Part shown: positions 1 through 17,512 of the stretch, in pieces
Layout of the letters: each line of letters starts with the position of its first letter
Position numbering within the stretch: the stretch's first letter is position 1
NCBI GenBank assembly: GCA_051294375.1
Contig: CM119267.1
Span: 2,036,793 to 2,100,792 of the forward strand
DNA length: 64,000 nucleotides
Direction: 5' to 3'
Source: Paraspadella gotoi
Taxonomy: Eukaryota; Animalia; Chaetognatha
Position numbers and translations under genes: made by a program
The notes under the pieces: generated by a model
Seen by the model: the letters and a program-made list of their open reading frames with translations, nothing else
The model's database searches: none
What the model was told of the DNA's origin: nothing

Positions 1-1627
1 GCTTTTTTTTTAGTTGTAGATTGTCTCGCTCTCAGTCTTGCTCTCTGTCTCGCTCTGTTACGATGTCTGTCTCATCATTACGCTCATCATTGTAGGAAAA
101 AGAATCTAATGGCCCAATGACAAAATAGACGAAGAAAAAAAAGGGAAAAAAAGAATATTACAAGCAAAAAAAGGTAAACGAATGTGTATTTAAGCTGAGT
201 AATTTTTAAAAATAAAAGCAAAAAAAAAAAACCAACTAATTTTTAAGAAAAAAATAATCCAATAACTTAAACAAGAACGGTTATTCAAATGTGTTACGCC
301 GCAGTGACTGCCTTATCAAGTGTATTTTTCGTGACATGAAATGAAATTACAAGACATGAAATGACATAACTACACGACTACATGCCTTATCTTTTGAGAA
401 AAAGTTTCTCTATCTCTATCTGCGTCACCATCTGTAAAACTGACTGCAGGTGGCGTCGCTAATTTCGTCGGCGTCATCTAGCGGCGAATCTTTGCCTCAG
501 AGAAAATTAGGTTCCAATCAATGGAGACAAAATTGGATCAGCTGCTTCTTTCCCTCGGAGAAATTGAGGAAAGACAAAGATTTGCTTTTTTGTTCAAATG
601 TTAATCTAAATAAATGCGAATCTAAGGACAAACTTAGAGAGAGAAGTCTGTAGAATTCGTGGTAAATAAGAAATCGCCAAAACAAAATCAATATTCTGAA
701 TGTAATACATTATTCTGAATATTCTGTTCATAATTCTGAAAATATAAAGGTTGGTATAAATTGCAGTATATACCTCGACAGAACTGGAAAATTCAACTTA
801 AATTAGGATAACAAGTAATTGTTATTTTATTTATGTCTTAATTGCGTCACCGAAATACCGTTGAACTGAACAGAAGATTTTTTGATTAATAATACTATAT
901 ATAACAGATATACGTAGAAACTTTTAACCGCTTCCCTTAGACCTACAAGCAAAGACCCAGCAAAATACCTCAAACCAATCTTTTTCAACCTTTTGTCTGA
1001 TGGGTTAATTTTTACTTCCAATTCTATCGACCTCTAGCGACTCGAAGGTAAAACCACAGACGCTTCGGGCCAAAGACGTTGCGTGGGTTTCAATGGGAGG
1101 AGGAAGAGATGGATGAGAAGAACAAGATGAAGACAAGAAATATGTTTGTTAATGTTTTTTTAAATGAAAGTTTATTTAGACGAAAAGATTATTTATTTGA
1201 GATTTGAGAAATGAAAGCACAACAAATTTGCTAAAGTGAATTGACGAGTTAACTGGTCGGATTCTTACACAAAACGGCTATATTTTTTAAAAGTTTTTAC
1301 AATTTACAGTAAATTTTTGGAAATACATAAGTAGCGCAGAAAAATCTGAGAATTTTTCTGTATTTAATTTAAGCGGTTATCATGAACATGAATCACGAAT
1401 AAACTAAAAAAACGAACCTTTAAACGAAAAATCATTACGTGGGATTTTCTATTTTTTATTGATTTTGTTTTTTTTTTGTTTTTTTTATTTGTTTTTTTTT
1501 TTAAATTTTGTTTATTATGTTTTTAAAAAAAATATTCCAGAGAAAAGAGACGTAAATATTTGAAATCGTTCACGAATTTCTTTCCAAGACTCACGAAGAT
1601 TACGGGAATAGAATTCACTGAGTAAGA

Positions 1628-1658
<31 letters not shown>

Positions 1659-1942
1659 ACGACGAACGACGACGACAAACGACGAACGACGCCACTGACG
1701 GTGACGACGAAAACTAGACTTCACCTTGGAATCGTGAGGCAGAAAACAGTTTAGTGTCGCTTNNNNNNNNNNNNNNNNNNNNNNNNNTCGTCGTTCGTCT
1801 TCCTCCCCGCGCCACGATTGAAGACTCGCGCGCGCCTAAAGCGACACTAAACTGTTTTCTGCCTCACGATTCCAAGGTGAAGTCTAGTTTTCGTCGTCAC
1901 CGTCAGTGGCGTCGTTCGTCGTTTGTCGTCGTCGTTCGTCGT

Positions 1943-1973
<31 letters not shown>

Positions 1974-3638
1974 TCTTACTCAGTGAATTCTATTCCGTAA
2001 TCTTCGTGAGTCTTGGAAAGAAATTCGTGAACGATTTCAAATATTTAGTCTCTTTTCTCTGGAATATTTTTTTAAAAACATAATAAACAAAATTTAAAAA
2101 AAAAAACAAATAAAAAAAACAAAAAAAAAACAAAATCAATAAAAAATAGAAAATCCCACGTAATGATTTTTCGTTTAAAGGTTCGTTTTTTTAGTTTATT
2201 CGTGATTCATGTTCATGATAACCGCTTAAATTAAATACAGAAAAATTCTCAGATTTTTCTGCGCTACTTATGTATTTCCAAAAATTTACTGTAAATTGTA
2301 AAAACTTTTAAAAAATATAGCCGTTTTGTGTAAGAATCCGACAAGTTTAACTCGTCAATTCACTTTAGCAAATTTGTTGTGCTTTCATTTCTCAAATCTC
2401 AAATAAATATCTTTTCGTCTAAATAAACTTTCATTTAAAAAACATTTAACAAACCATATTTCTTGTCCTTCATCTTGTTCTTCTCATTCCATCTCTTCCC
2501 TCCTTTCCCATTTGAAACCCACGCAACACGTCTTTGGCGCCGAAGCGTCTGTGGTTTACCTTCGAGCTCCGCTAGAGGTCGATAGCATGGGAAGTACAAA
2601 AATTAACCATACAGACAAAAGGTTTGAAAAAGATTGGTTTGAGGTTAATTTTGCTGGTTCTTTGCTTGTAGTCTAAGGGAAGCCGTGTTAAAAGTTTCTA
2701 CGTATAATTGTTATATATTAGTATTATTAATCAAAAAATTCTTCATGTTCAGTTCAACGGTATTTCGGTGACGCAATTAAGACATAAATAAAATAACAAT
2801 TACTTGTTATCCTAATTTAAGTTGAATGTTTCACAGTTTCTGTCGAGGGTATATACTGCAATTTATTACAACCTTTATATTTCAGAATTTGAACAGAATA
2901 TTCAGAAATAATGTATTACATTCAGATATTGATTTTGTTTTGGGCGATTTCTTATTGTACACGATTCTTACAGAACCTCTCTCTCTAAGTTTGTCCTTAG
3001 ATTCGCGCATTTATTTAGATTAACTCTTGAACAAAAAAGCAAATCTTTGTCTTTCCTCAATTCTCCGACGGGAAAAGAAGCAGCTGATCCCAATTTGTCT
3101 CCATTGATTGAGAACCTAATTATTTCTCTGGAGGCAAAGATTCGCGCTAGATGACGCGACGAATTAGCGAGCCACCTGCAAGTCAGTTTTACGATGGTGA
3201 CGCAGATTAGAGATAGAGAAACTTTTTCTGCAAAGATAAGGCATGTAGTCGTGTAGTTATGTCATTTTCATGTCTTGTAATTCATTTTCATGTCACGAAA
3301 AATACACTTGATAAGCGCAGTCACTGCGGCGTAACACATTTGAATTACCGTTCTTGTTTAAGTTATCTGATTATTTTTCTTTAAAATTAGTTGGTTTTTT
3401 TTTTTGCTTTTTATTTTTAAAAATTACTCAGCTTAAATACACATTCGTTTACCTTTTTTTTGCTTGTAATATTCTTTTTTTTCCCTTTTTTTTCTTCGTA
3501 TCTATTTGTCATTAGGGCCATTAGATTTCTTTTTCCTACAATGATGAGCGTAATGATGAGACAGACATATCGTAACAGAAAGCGAAGACAGAGAGCAAGA
3601 CATGAGAGCGAGACAATCTACAACTAAAAAAAAAAGCC
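1..3638. repeat. Large inverted repeat (arms ~1-1762 and ~1839-3638) centred on an N gap
   Basis: 1724-1762 is the reverse complement of ~1839-1877, and 1-120 is the reverse complement of ~3510-3638. The arms differ mostly by 1-2 nt indels. N run at 1763-1787. Confidence 0.95.
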
Positions 3639-5875
3639 ATCAACGTCAGAAAATGGGCCCCCGCTCATAATGGGCCGCGCCATCTCGTAAGAGAACATTA
3701 AATTCTTACTGGGCGAGGAGAAAAAAAAAAAGAAAAGGCTTGTCTGGTTGTACGAATTTGAATTTAGAGTCACTTTGATCATAACATAAAAAATATTGAA
3801 TCTCATGAAAATGAATGAGATTAAAATGTAGAATTAAAGAATTAGAAAGGCTGATAAGTGATTAAAGAAAAAAAATTGATTAAAATGTCTAAAGGCTGTC
3901 TCTAATGAGGTGATTAATCCCTTCAACTGAAAACGAGTAGAAGGTTGCAATCAATTTCTGCGACAAAGTTCAAGACAAGTGAACGGACAAGTGAAAGGAC
4001 AAGTCAAGGACAAACGTTACAGAAGAGGAATGAACAAATTATTGTAATTTTTTTTTAAAATCAGTTTGAACTAAAGTCAGTGAAACTTTATAAGCTTAGG
4101 GAAAAAAAACCATTCAGTTCAACATGCTAATTAAAGTCTAGACTTGTTATTTACAACAAAGTATTAAATTTAGTCAAAGCCGAAGCTAAAAAAAAAGAAA
4201 AAAAAGACTAAATGGCGCACATTTTTATTCTGAAACCTCCATTATAACCATTATAAAAAAGGGTGAAAAAAAAAGAAAAAAAAAGAAAATTAATCCGACG
4301 ACGACGAGGAGGACGACGAACGACGACGAGGAGGAAGACGAACGACGACGATTAGAACGACGTGAGAGAAGACGACGACGACGACGGCGACGACGACGAA
4401 TGAACGAAGGTTGACTTTGACAAAAACAAATGAATGACAAAGACAAATATGACAAAGATGACGACAATCATGACGACAATCATGACATTAAAGAAGAAAA
4501 AAAATTTTACAATTATTAATTGCGAAACTAAAAATTAAATAAACAGATGATGACATAATAGTTAAGAATAATGACGATGATGATGACGATGACAGATTAA
4601 ATAATAATATAAAATATAAAATTGCTTTGGCTAAATAAAAAAAATAATAAGCCTAAAGGAATATGTTTACTAATGATCTTAATAAATTTGGTTTGATAAT
4701 TCCTGTTTGCGTCATTCGCGGTTGGACACTGGGTAAAAATAACGACGACAACAACAACAGCAACAACAATAACAACAACAACAACAACATTGCTACCTAA
4801 ACATGAAAAAATATGACGAAGATAAAAAAAAAGACGAAAATTATATATTTCTTGGTTTGAGAAATATTTTATATTAAAAAGGTGTAACCGTCACGGGTTT
4901 GACAGATTTAATTTTTTTAAATATACAGTATACAATGTATACTATACATATTAATGATATTATATATATAAGCTAATCCTGACATTTTTTATCTATTAAA
5001 TATATAACTTAGTTCATCTTTCGATTAAACAAACTAAACAGCTCAGCTTCTTTCCCTCAACCTGAATCTTCGGAAAATCGAAAAATCTTTTCCTCTTAAA
5101 ATATTCACATCATATTTTCTCGTCTTTTCTGTCACTTTGTGTCACGAACCTAAAGCGTTTATCATCACGTGACATCGTCATGTATTTCCTTGAGTCTTGA
5201 GTGAGCCAAATAAAAATCTAATTCTAAATAACGCAATAAAAATATATAAATACGTACAAATACAAATAGAATCACTAAACCTTTACTCACCTCTAGAAAT
5301 CTAATAGCCTAAATCCTTAAGCGATTGAGCTAAACTTTGCTTTGATTTGAGCTCCTGTCATCTCTTTTGACTTCGTGGGGTCAACCACGTTTAAATCTCG
5401 GCCAACGGGAGTAACGACAACAACGACAACAACAACGACAGCAATTCCAACAGTCATAACAACAACAACAAAAACAACATCCTGTGACTTTGAGTAATGA
5501 TTATTTATCGACCTTTCCTTATTCCTTACTACTTACTCCTTACACTTTACTCCTTATTCCTTACTCCTTACGCCTTACTCCTTACTCTACTGCTTACTCC
5601 TTAATAAAGAAAGACGTAGTTACATCAATTTAGTTCATATTTGGTTGAATGTTAAGTTTAAGTTTAAGCTAAAACATTTTTAAGTGCTCTTGAGCAGTCA
5701 CCTGATCGAATGGAAAAGATGTCACGTGACCAAAATTTCAATGCGGCATTAATTTATGAAATACTGAAACATTTTAGGTAATACTTGTGTACAAGTTTCA
5801 TACTTAGTCTCGCAGAACTTACGGTCACGTGATCTGAAAGTAAAAGCGACATAGAGTTTGTATAAAAAAAGAGAA

Positions 5876-6108
5876 GTATGGTGGACTAAAATCCACTAAC
5901 CGTTCATCAGCGACCATTGGTGCCGGAGGCAAGTCATTCGCATCCCAACCCAAAGGTCCGGGGTTCTAGCCCTGTGGTGGCCTATCAGTTTAGAGGGACG
6001 GACGCTTAACCCGCCTGTAACTCGGTGTTACAGCCTGATCCGAAGCTCAGGGACTGCTTATATTGAACGGTTCTGTCACTAACACATAATAATAATTACT
6101 GTCTCTTC
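5876..6108 (+). mobile_element. tRNA-derived SINE-like repeat, family A
   Basis: The head has A-box-like TGGTGCCGGAGG and B-box-like GGTTCTAGCCC. Close copies at ~24105-24277 (+), ~24458-24682 (+) and ~43016-43212 (-). Confidence 0.75.
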
Positions 6109-6390
6109 AGAAGTAATAAATCTTCTTGCGCATATATTTCACAATTGCGTAGTCACATTTAAAACTGTATTCTCATACAAGAAAGTCACTTCTACGCAAC
6201 CGGAGAAATTCACGGTTCGTGAATTTTCTTCTTTGACTTTTTTTATTTTCGAGATTTGATGGGCGTCGTTTCTCGATTCCAAATGAGCTCTTGACTCTTC
6301 CAGCTGCTTTATGTCATCGAATGATGATGAGGATGTCATAAATGATGTCATAAGTCGGAAGTTAAGAGATAAACTCGGATTCGTATGCAT

Positions 6391-6455
<65 letters not shown>

Positions 6456-6639
6456 GATAGCTACTAATCGCTAATGCGTACCAATCTGCACAACCCATTC
6501 CAAGTTCTTATCATTTGATCGATTTCGGATAAAGAAGTTTTTCCTTTCAAAAGAAGAACCAATACTTTTTATTTTGTCTGGAAACGAATCAGGAAAAACA
6601 TGACAAGAAAATGGATGAGGGAAAAAGGGAGGGAGGGAT

Positions 6640-6806
6640 GGTGATGATGATGATGATGATGATGTGATGGTTATGATGAAGATCATGAGGATTATGATGA
6701 TGATGATGAAGATGATGGTTATGATGAAGATCATGAGGATAATGACGTTGATGATGATGATGATGATGATGAAGATGGTTATGATGAAGATCATGAGGAT
6801 TATGAC

Positions 6807-6851
<45 letters not shown>

Positions 6852-7040
6852 AATGATTAAGATCATGAGGATTAGGACGATGATGATGATGATGATTGAT
6901 GATGATGATGATGGTTATGAACTTAAGATGATGATGATGATAATGAAGATGATTGATGATGATTGATGATGACGATTAAACATAATGATAATGATGAAGA
7001 TAATGTTTATAATTATGATGATGACGATGATGATAATCGA
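6640..7040. repeat. (GAT)n microsatellite-rich tract
   Basis: Direct reading; it generates spurious poly-Met and poly-Ile ORFs. Confidence 0.9.
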
Positions 7041-7379
7041 GATATACTAAACAAAGAAAAGGTGAGTTTCATGTAATTCTGCCAAAGATTTACTTAAAAA
7101 ATACGAAAAGGACGGAGAAAAGTTCTTAGTGCAAAAAAAAAGGTCATTTTTGGTTTCGGAGGGAAAAAAAAGTCTTCGGGTAGAAAAAGGAAAACGTGAA
7201 GCGACGGACAAATGGATGGACGGATAAAGGGATCAGTCTGGAATGAGAAGGGGGGGGAAAGGGGGCGGGCGTGGGGGCGGTGGTGGGGGAGTAGTGGGAC
7301 AACGGAGGGGGACCGACAATGGTTCGGTGTTAAGGATGAAATCGATCGATCGTTTGAAGGAAACAAACGAAGGAAACGT

Positions 7380-8340
7380 TAGGAATGACAAGGAGGGAAA
7401 AGGGTGAGAAAGAGAAAAAGAGGAGGAAAGAAAAGAAAGTGAAAAAAAGAAAAAAAAGAAAGAAAAGAGGAAAGCAAATAAAGTGAGAAAAAGAAAATAG
7501 AAAAGGAAAAGAGAAATTGGAAAATAAAGGGAGGAAAGGCCAATGAAGAAAGTAAAAATGAGAAAGGAAAAGGAAAAAGAAAAGAAAGGAAGTGAGAAAA
7601 AATGAGAAAGTGAAGGAAGAAAAAAAGGAAAAAAGTTGAAAAAAGACAAATGGTGAAAATGAGGGAGGGCAGACTGACAGGGAAGGAGAGAAGACTGAGG
7701 GCAGAGAGGCAGAAAAAAAAACGGTTGGGTCCTGGAGAAAGAAAAAGAAAGAAAAAAGGAATGAAAAAAGAAAGAAAACCAAAGATCCAGCGACTCAGGA
7801 AAAAAAGAAAAACGTGTCTCTTGGATCGGGTGAAGTCGGAGGTAAAAACATGTGAACGGAGGAAAGAAGAGAAGAAAAAAGAGGAAAGGAGGAAAGGAAA
7901 TAGAGAAAAAACAAATGGGAGGAAAGGAAAGAATAAACGATAGAGGAAGGAAATAAGAGAAGAAAAAAGAGGAAAGGAGGAAAGGAAATAGAGAAAAAAC
8001 CAAATGGGAGGAAAGGAAAGAAGAAAAGAGAGGAAGGAAGAAAAGGAAAGAAAGGAAATAAAAAACGGGAGGAGGGAAAGGAAGGAAGGAAACAAGAAAG
8101 GAAGGAAGGAAGGAAGGAAGGAAGGAAGGAAGGAAGGAAGGAAGGAAGGAAAGAAGGAAAGAAGGAAAAAAGGAAGGAAGGAAGGAAGGAAGGAAAAAAG
8201 GAAAAGTAGAAAAGAGAAGAATGAAAAAAGAAAATAGATAAAAGACGAAAAGGAAAAAGAAAAGAGAGGAAAGGAAAACGTGACGAACAAAAAAAGGAGA
8301 ATAAGAAAATGACGGGAAGTAAAAAAAAATAAAAAAATTG
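7380..8340. repeat. Polypurine (A/G) low-complexity tract including (AAGG)n
   Basis: The + strand is almost entirely A/G; this is the source of the F/S/L-rich spurious ORFs. Confidence 0.9.
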
Positions 8341-8663
8341 AAACCAAAAAAAGGTTTTCATAAATTTCTCAAAGATTTAAAGAATGCCATGCCATGCCAT
8401 GCCATGCCATGCCATGACCAGGACCAGGACGCCGCGTCCTTTTTTTTTTCAACGATGGCATCGGCCATTTTCTTGAATTCCCAAGTGCCATCCGTCCATA
8501 CCATCTTTTTCCATCTTGCCAGAGGGAGTGCGACTCTGAACGCCGTCTTTGCAGATGATGCTCGCCTTCTAAAAACGTCTGTCATCGGTTGAGAGAAAAA
8601 AGGAAAAGAAAAGAAAAGATGGACGACGCAATTTTAATTTCAGATGAGGACTCAGTTTGTGTG

Positions 8664-8739
<76 letters not shown>

Positions 8740-9352
8740 CTCAATGGAAATAAACGGAGAAAAATGAGGAACATCATTAGTAGCATTTGCAACAGAAAGA
8801 ACAGCGCATGTCAATAATGAGAGTAACAGAGTAGCCAAAAGAGAAGAACGGATCCCATCATGTGGGGAACGTAATGCAAAAAGGGGAGATGGAATTTCAT
8901 AAAGAGGAGAACTCAAATGTAGAAAGGATCACGATGAGAACCGGTTTANNNNNNNNNNCAATAATGAAGAACAGAGTAACATCAAAAGAGGAGAACGGAT
9001 CCCATCATGTGGAGAACGTAATGCAAAAAGTGGAGATGGAATTTCATGAAGAGGAGAACTCAAATGTAGAAAAGATCCAGATGAGAACCGGTTTATATAA
9101 GAGGAGAACACGAATTATCAAAAGGAGAACAGAGAGAATCAGGAGGAGAATGGTGTTTAAAGTATTGAAGGATTGAAGGCAACACGAAGGGGACGACAGA
9201 AATAAATTAGAAAAGAGAAAAAAAGATGTGAATCAGATTAAACGAGGGAGAGAGAGTTGCGACTCTATCTCTCTCTCTGTCTCATGTGTTGTACCAATTT
9301 TATAACATCAGCTCCTTGTATTTAGATGCTAATACGAAGTGCAATTGCTTCT

Positions 9353-9510
9353 TTGATAAGGAAGCCAGATATTCTGGGAGCGAATAAACGAGACTGTGAG
9401 AGAGTCGTGATTGAAAGCTTGCAAGGACATGCTATGTCATTATCTTGTAAAAGTGATGGAGGCCTTAAACCACCAAAGCCTGTTCAAAGTCAGGGGCAAG
9501 ATAGCTTATA
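9353..9510 (+). mobile_element. Partial copy of MITE-like family B
   Basis: Matches the reverse complement of ~16810-16967 (gactgtgagagagtc...ggccttaaaccaccaaagcctg...gcaagatagctta). Confidence 0.75.
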
Positions 9511-9745
9511 TAATCTTTATATTTTCGTATTTATATAAATCCTTTTTCCTTATTTCTCTCCTTTTTTTCTTTTCGTTTCTTTTCTCCTTTCGCTTCACTT
9601 CTTCTATCCGTTATCTATCCCTTTCAGCTTCGCTCCTATGAATTCAAAAGCGCAACTCGTTTACCCTCTCTCTCTCTCTCTCTCTTTAAACTGGGCGGAG
9701 ACTTCAGACGTGAAGCTAACCTCCGTTTTTAGAATCTTTCATTTA

Positions 9746-9813
<68 letters not shown>

Positions 9814-10737
9814 TCCCTCTTCTCTCTCCCCCTTTCTTCCCTCTCTCTCACCCTCCTCTCTCTCTCCAGTGATAGAGAAAAGCTCTCTCTCTCTCTCTCT
9901 TTCCTCTTCTCTCTCCCTCTCCCTCCCTTCCTCTCTCCCTTCTTTTCTCTCTTAACCCTCCCTCCTTACTATTTTCTCTCTCTCTCTCTCCAGTCAAAGA
10001 GAAAAGCCTCTCTCTCTCCCTCTCTCCTCTCCCCTCTCTCCTTCTTCCCTCTCTCTCAAACCTCCTCCCTTACTATTCTGTCTCTCTCTCTCTCTCAGTC
10101 GAAAGAGAAAAGCTCTCTCACTCTCCCTCCCATTAATTTGCATATCCTTGGGTCCGCTTTTATTCCCATGAACCCATCAAGGCCCCTTTGTCCGCCGTTC
10201 GGCCCGAAAGGAGGCCTTTTTTTATCTCCAGCCGTCCGGGCTGTTTTCAGCCTTTTTCGCAGTGGAGCGAGAAATCAGATCCTTTCGAAATCTGAGTTTG
10301 GAAATTGCAACAAAATCCAGGCGAAGGAAGTGAAAAGAGAGCAGAAAAAGCAGAAAAAAATCAAAAACAAAAAGAAAGAAATTCTCGGATGAAATTCAAT
10401 AAACAATGTTTATTAAATGTTTATTAAACATTAAACAAACTCAATTCATTTTCCTTCAATTAATTTCGGTTAAAAAAAGAAAATTAATTTTCACGTTTAT
10501 GTTTTTTATGCACAAATATATTCACAATGAAGCAAGAAAAAGAATTAAAATTATGGAACTTTTAGATTTTCGAAAGACTAGTGTTTTTTTTGTTGTTGTT
10601 GAATGTTTAACTAAACTGAAACTAAAATTTGACATTTAATCTCCCTTAAAAAAAAATAGCTATCTCATCATATTCACAACTTTGGGTTAAATATTGAATT
10701 TCCACATCCACATCCAAATCTTCCTTTCTCTCTCTCT

Positions 10738-10774
<37 letters not shown>

Positions 10775-10808
10775 GTCTCTCTCTCTCTCTCTCTCTCTCA
10801 CCTCTCTT

Positions 10809-16122
<5,314 letters not shown>

Positions 16123-16467
16123 TCTTGAATTCTTTAACTTTTTCGAAACGTTAATGTAGTTTTTTTTTATGTTGATAAGTTTTAAAAATGAGAGAAAAAA
16201 ATTTTAAACCTAAAAAAAAAAAAAGAGTGTAAACGGTATCTCTGTATGGATCAGATAATTCTATATATTCGGTAAAGTGTTTTTCATTAGATCAATTAAC
16301 ATTTAGGTTGTTGTTTTTCTTTCAGAAGTGAACAACAAGATACGTGAATACAATTTTACTTTAAGAATTGAATAAATTCTCGAGCTCACGAAGGCGTCGC
16401 CAGTCGACGGTGATTCTCCAGATTTCGACGAGAAATCTGCGGGTGACGAGTCATCGAAATTGGAGTA

Positions 16468-16498
<31 letters not shown>

Positions 16499-16684
16499 TG
16501 ATGTTGACGACGACGACGACGTCCACAGTGGCGAAACTTTGACGAAACAAAGAAAGATCGAGTCGAATGTTGATCATTTGTTTCGAAATAAATAAACTGG
16601 AAAGACAAAACGATATCTAATGATATATAATGCTTAAAGGAGTGATCCTTTCGTACAATTGTAAGAGTTTATTGTACAAAATAT

Positions 16685-16978
16685 TACACCACTTCGTAAG
16701 AAAGCCGTGTGCTATGGACTGTGAGAGAGTCTTGGAGGTTTCTGCTATGTTATCATCTTGTAAATGAAATTGGTACAACCAATATAAAAATTAACCATTC
16801 ATTTAATAAATAAGCTATCTTGCCCCTGACTTTGGACAGGCTTTGGTGGTTTAAGGCCTCCATCACTCTTACAAGATAATGACATAGCAGGTCCCTGCAA
16901 GCTTTCAATCAAGACTCTCTCACAGTCTCGTTTATTCACTCCCAGAGTACCTGGCTTCCCTATCAATGAAGTGGTATA
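16685..16978. mobile_element. MITE-like element (family B), full-length copy with long imperfect TIRs
   Basis: Ends TACACCACTTC / GAAGTGGTATA, with internal inverted blocks gactgtgagagagtcttg and ctgctatg..atcttgtaa. Partial copies at ~9353, 17045, 21935, 23340, 26010, 34000, 40830 and 42878. Confidence 0.75.
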
Positions 16979-17512
16979 ATTTTTCAAAGAATGTTTCAAT
17001 TGTATGAAAAGACCACGATGGAGGCCTTGACCCGCTATAGCCGGTCCTAAAGTTAGGGGCAAGATAGCTTATTCATTAGATTAATGGATAATTTTATTTC
17101 GGTTGTATCAATTTCATGTAATAAAAAAATGATCTCCCCCGCCATTGGAGACTTTCAATGGGAAACCGATTGTGAAGCGTTGCACTTGATCATATGTACT
17201 CAACCGATTTAACAAAATTACACAATTTGTACATATAGATTTTTAATCTTTGAAAAAGAAACAAAAAAGTTTAATAAACAGAAAGTGAAAATATTATCTC
17301 AATCACTCGAGTTCATTGAACAATTTCATGAAATTGAATTGGATTAATTTATCTTTATCGTTTTTATTTTCGTCACCATCATTATCATAGTTTGTGTTAT
17401 CATTGCCTTTGATGTCGTCTTTGTCGTGGCCTTTGTCATTGTCTTCAACTTTGTCCTCAAAGTCATCCTCTTTCCCTTTTCAGTGTCATTCCTCCTATTC
17501 ATTGTAGGGCTC

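Noticed and set aside
450-653. ORF with WISCF and LNK words as a second G-alpha
   Set aside because: The motif spacing does not fit, and there is no DVGGQ or P-loop nearby.
6471-8361. Long ORFs rich in I/M or F/S/L
   Set aside because: Translations of (GAT)n and polypurine tracts, open in several frames.
8820-9100. ~130-bp direct duplication
   Set aside because: The copies flank an N gap, which is typical of unmerged contig overlap; the same pattern occurs at 61880-62033.
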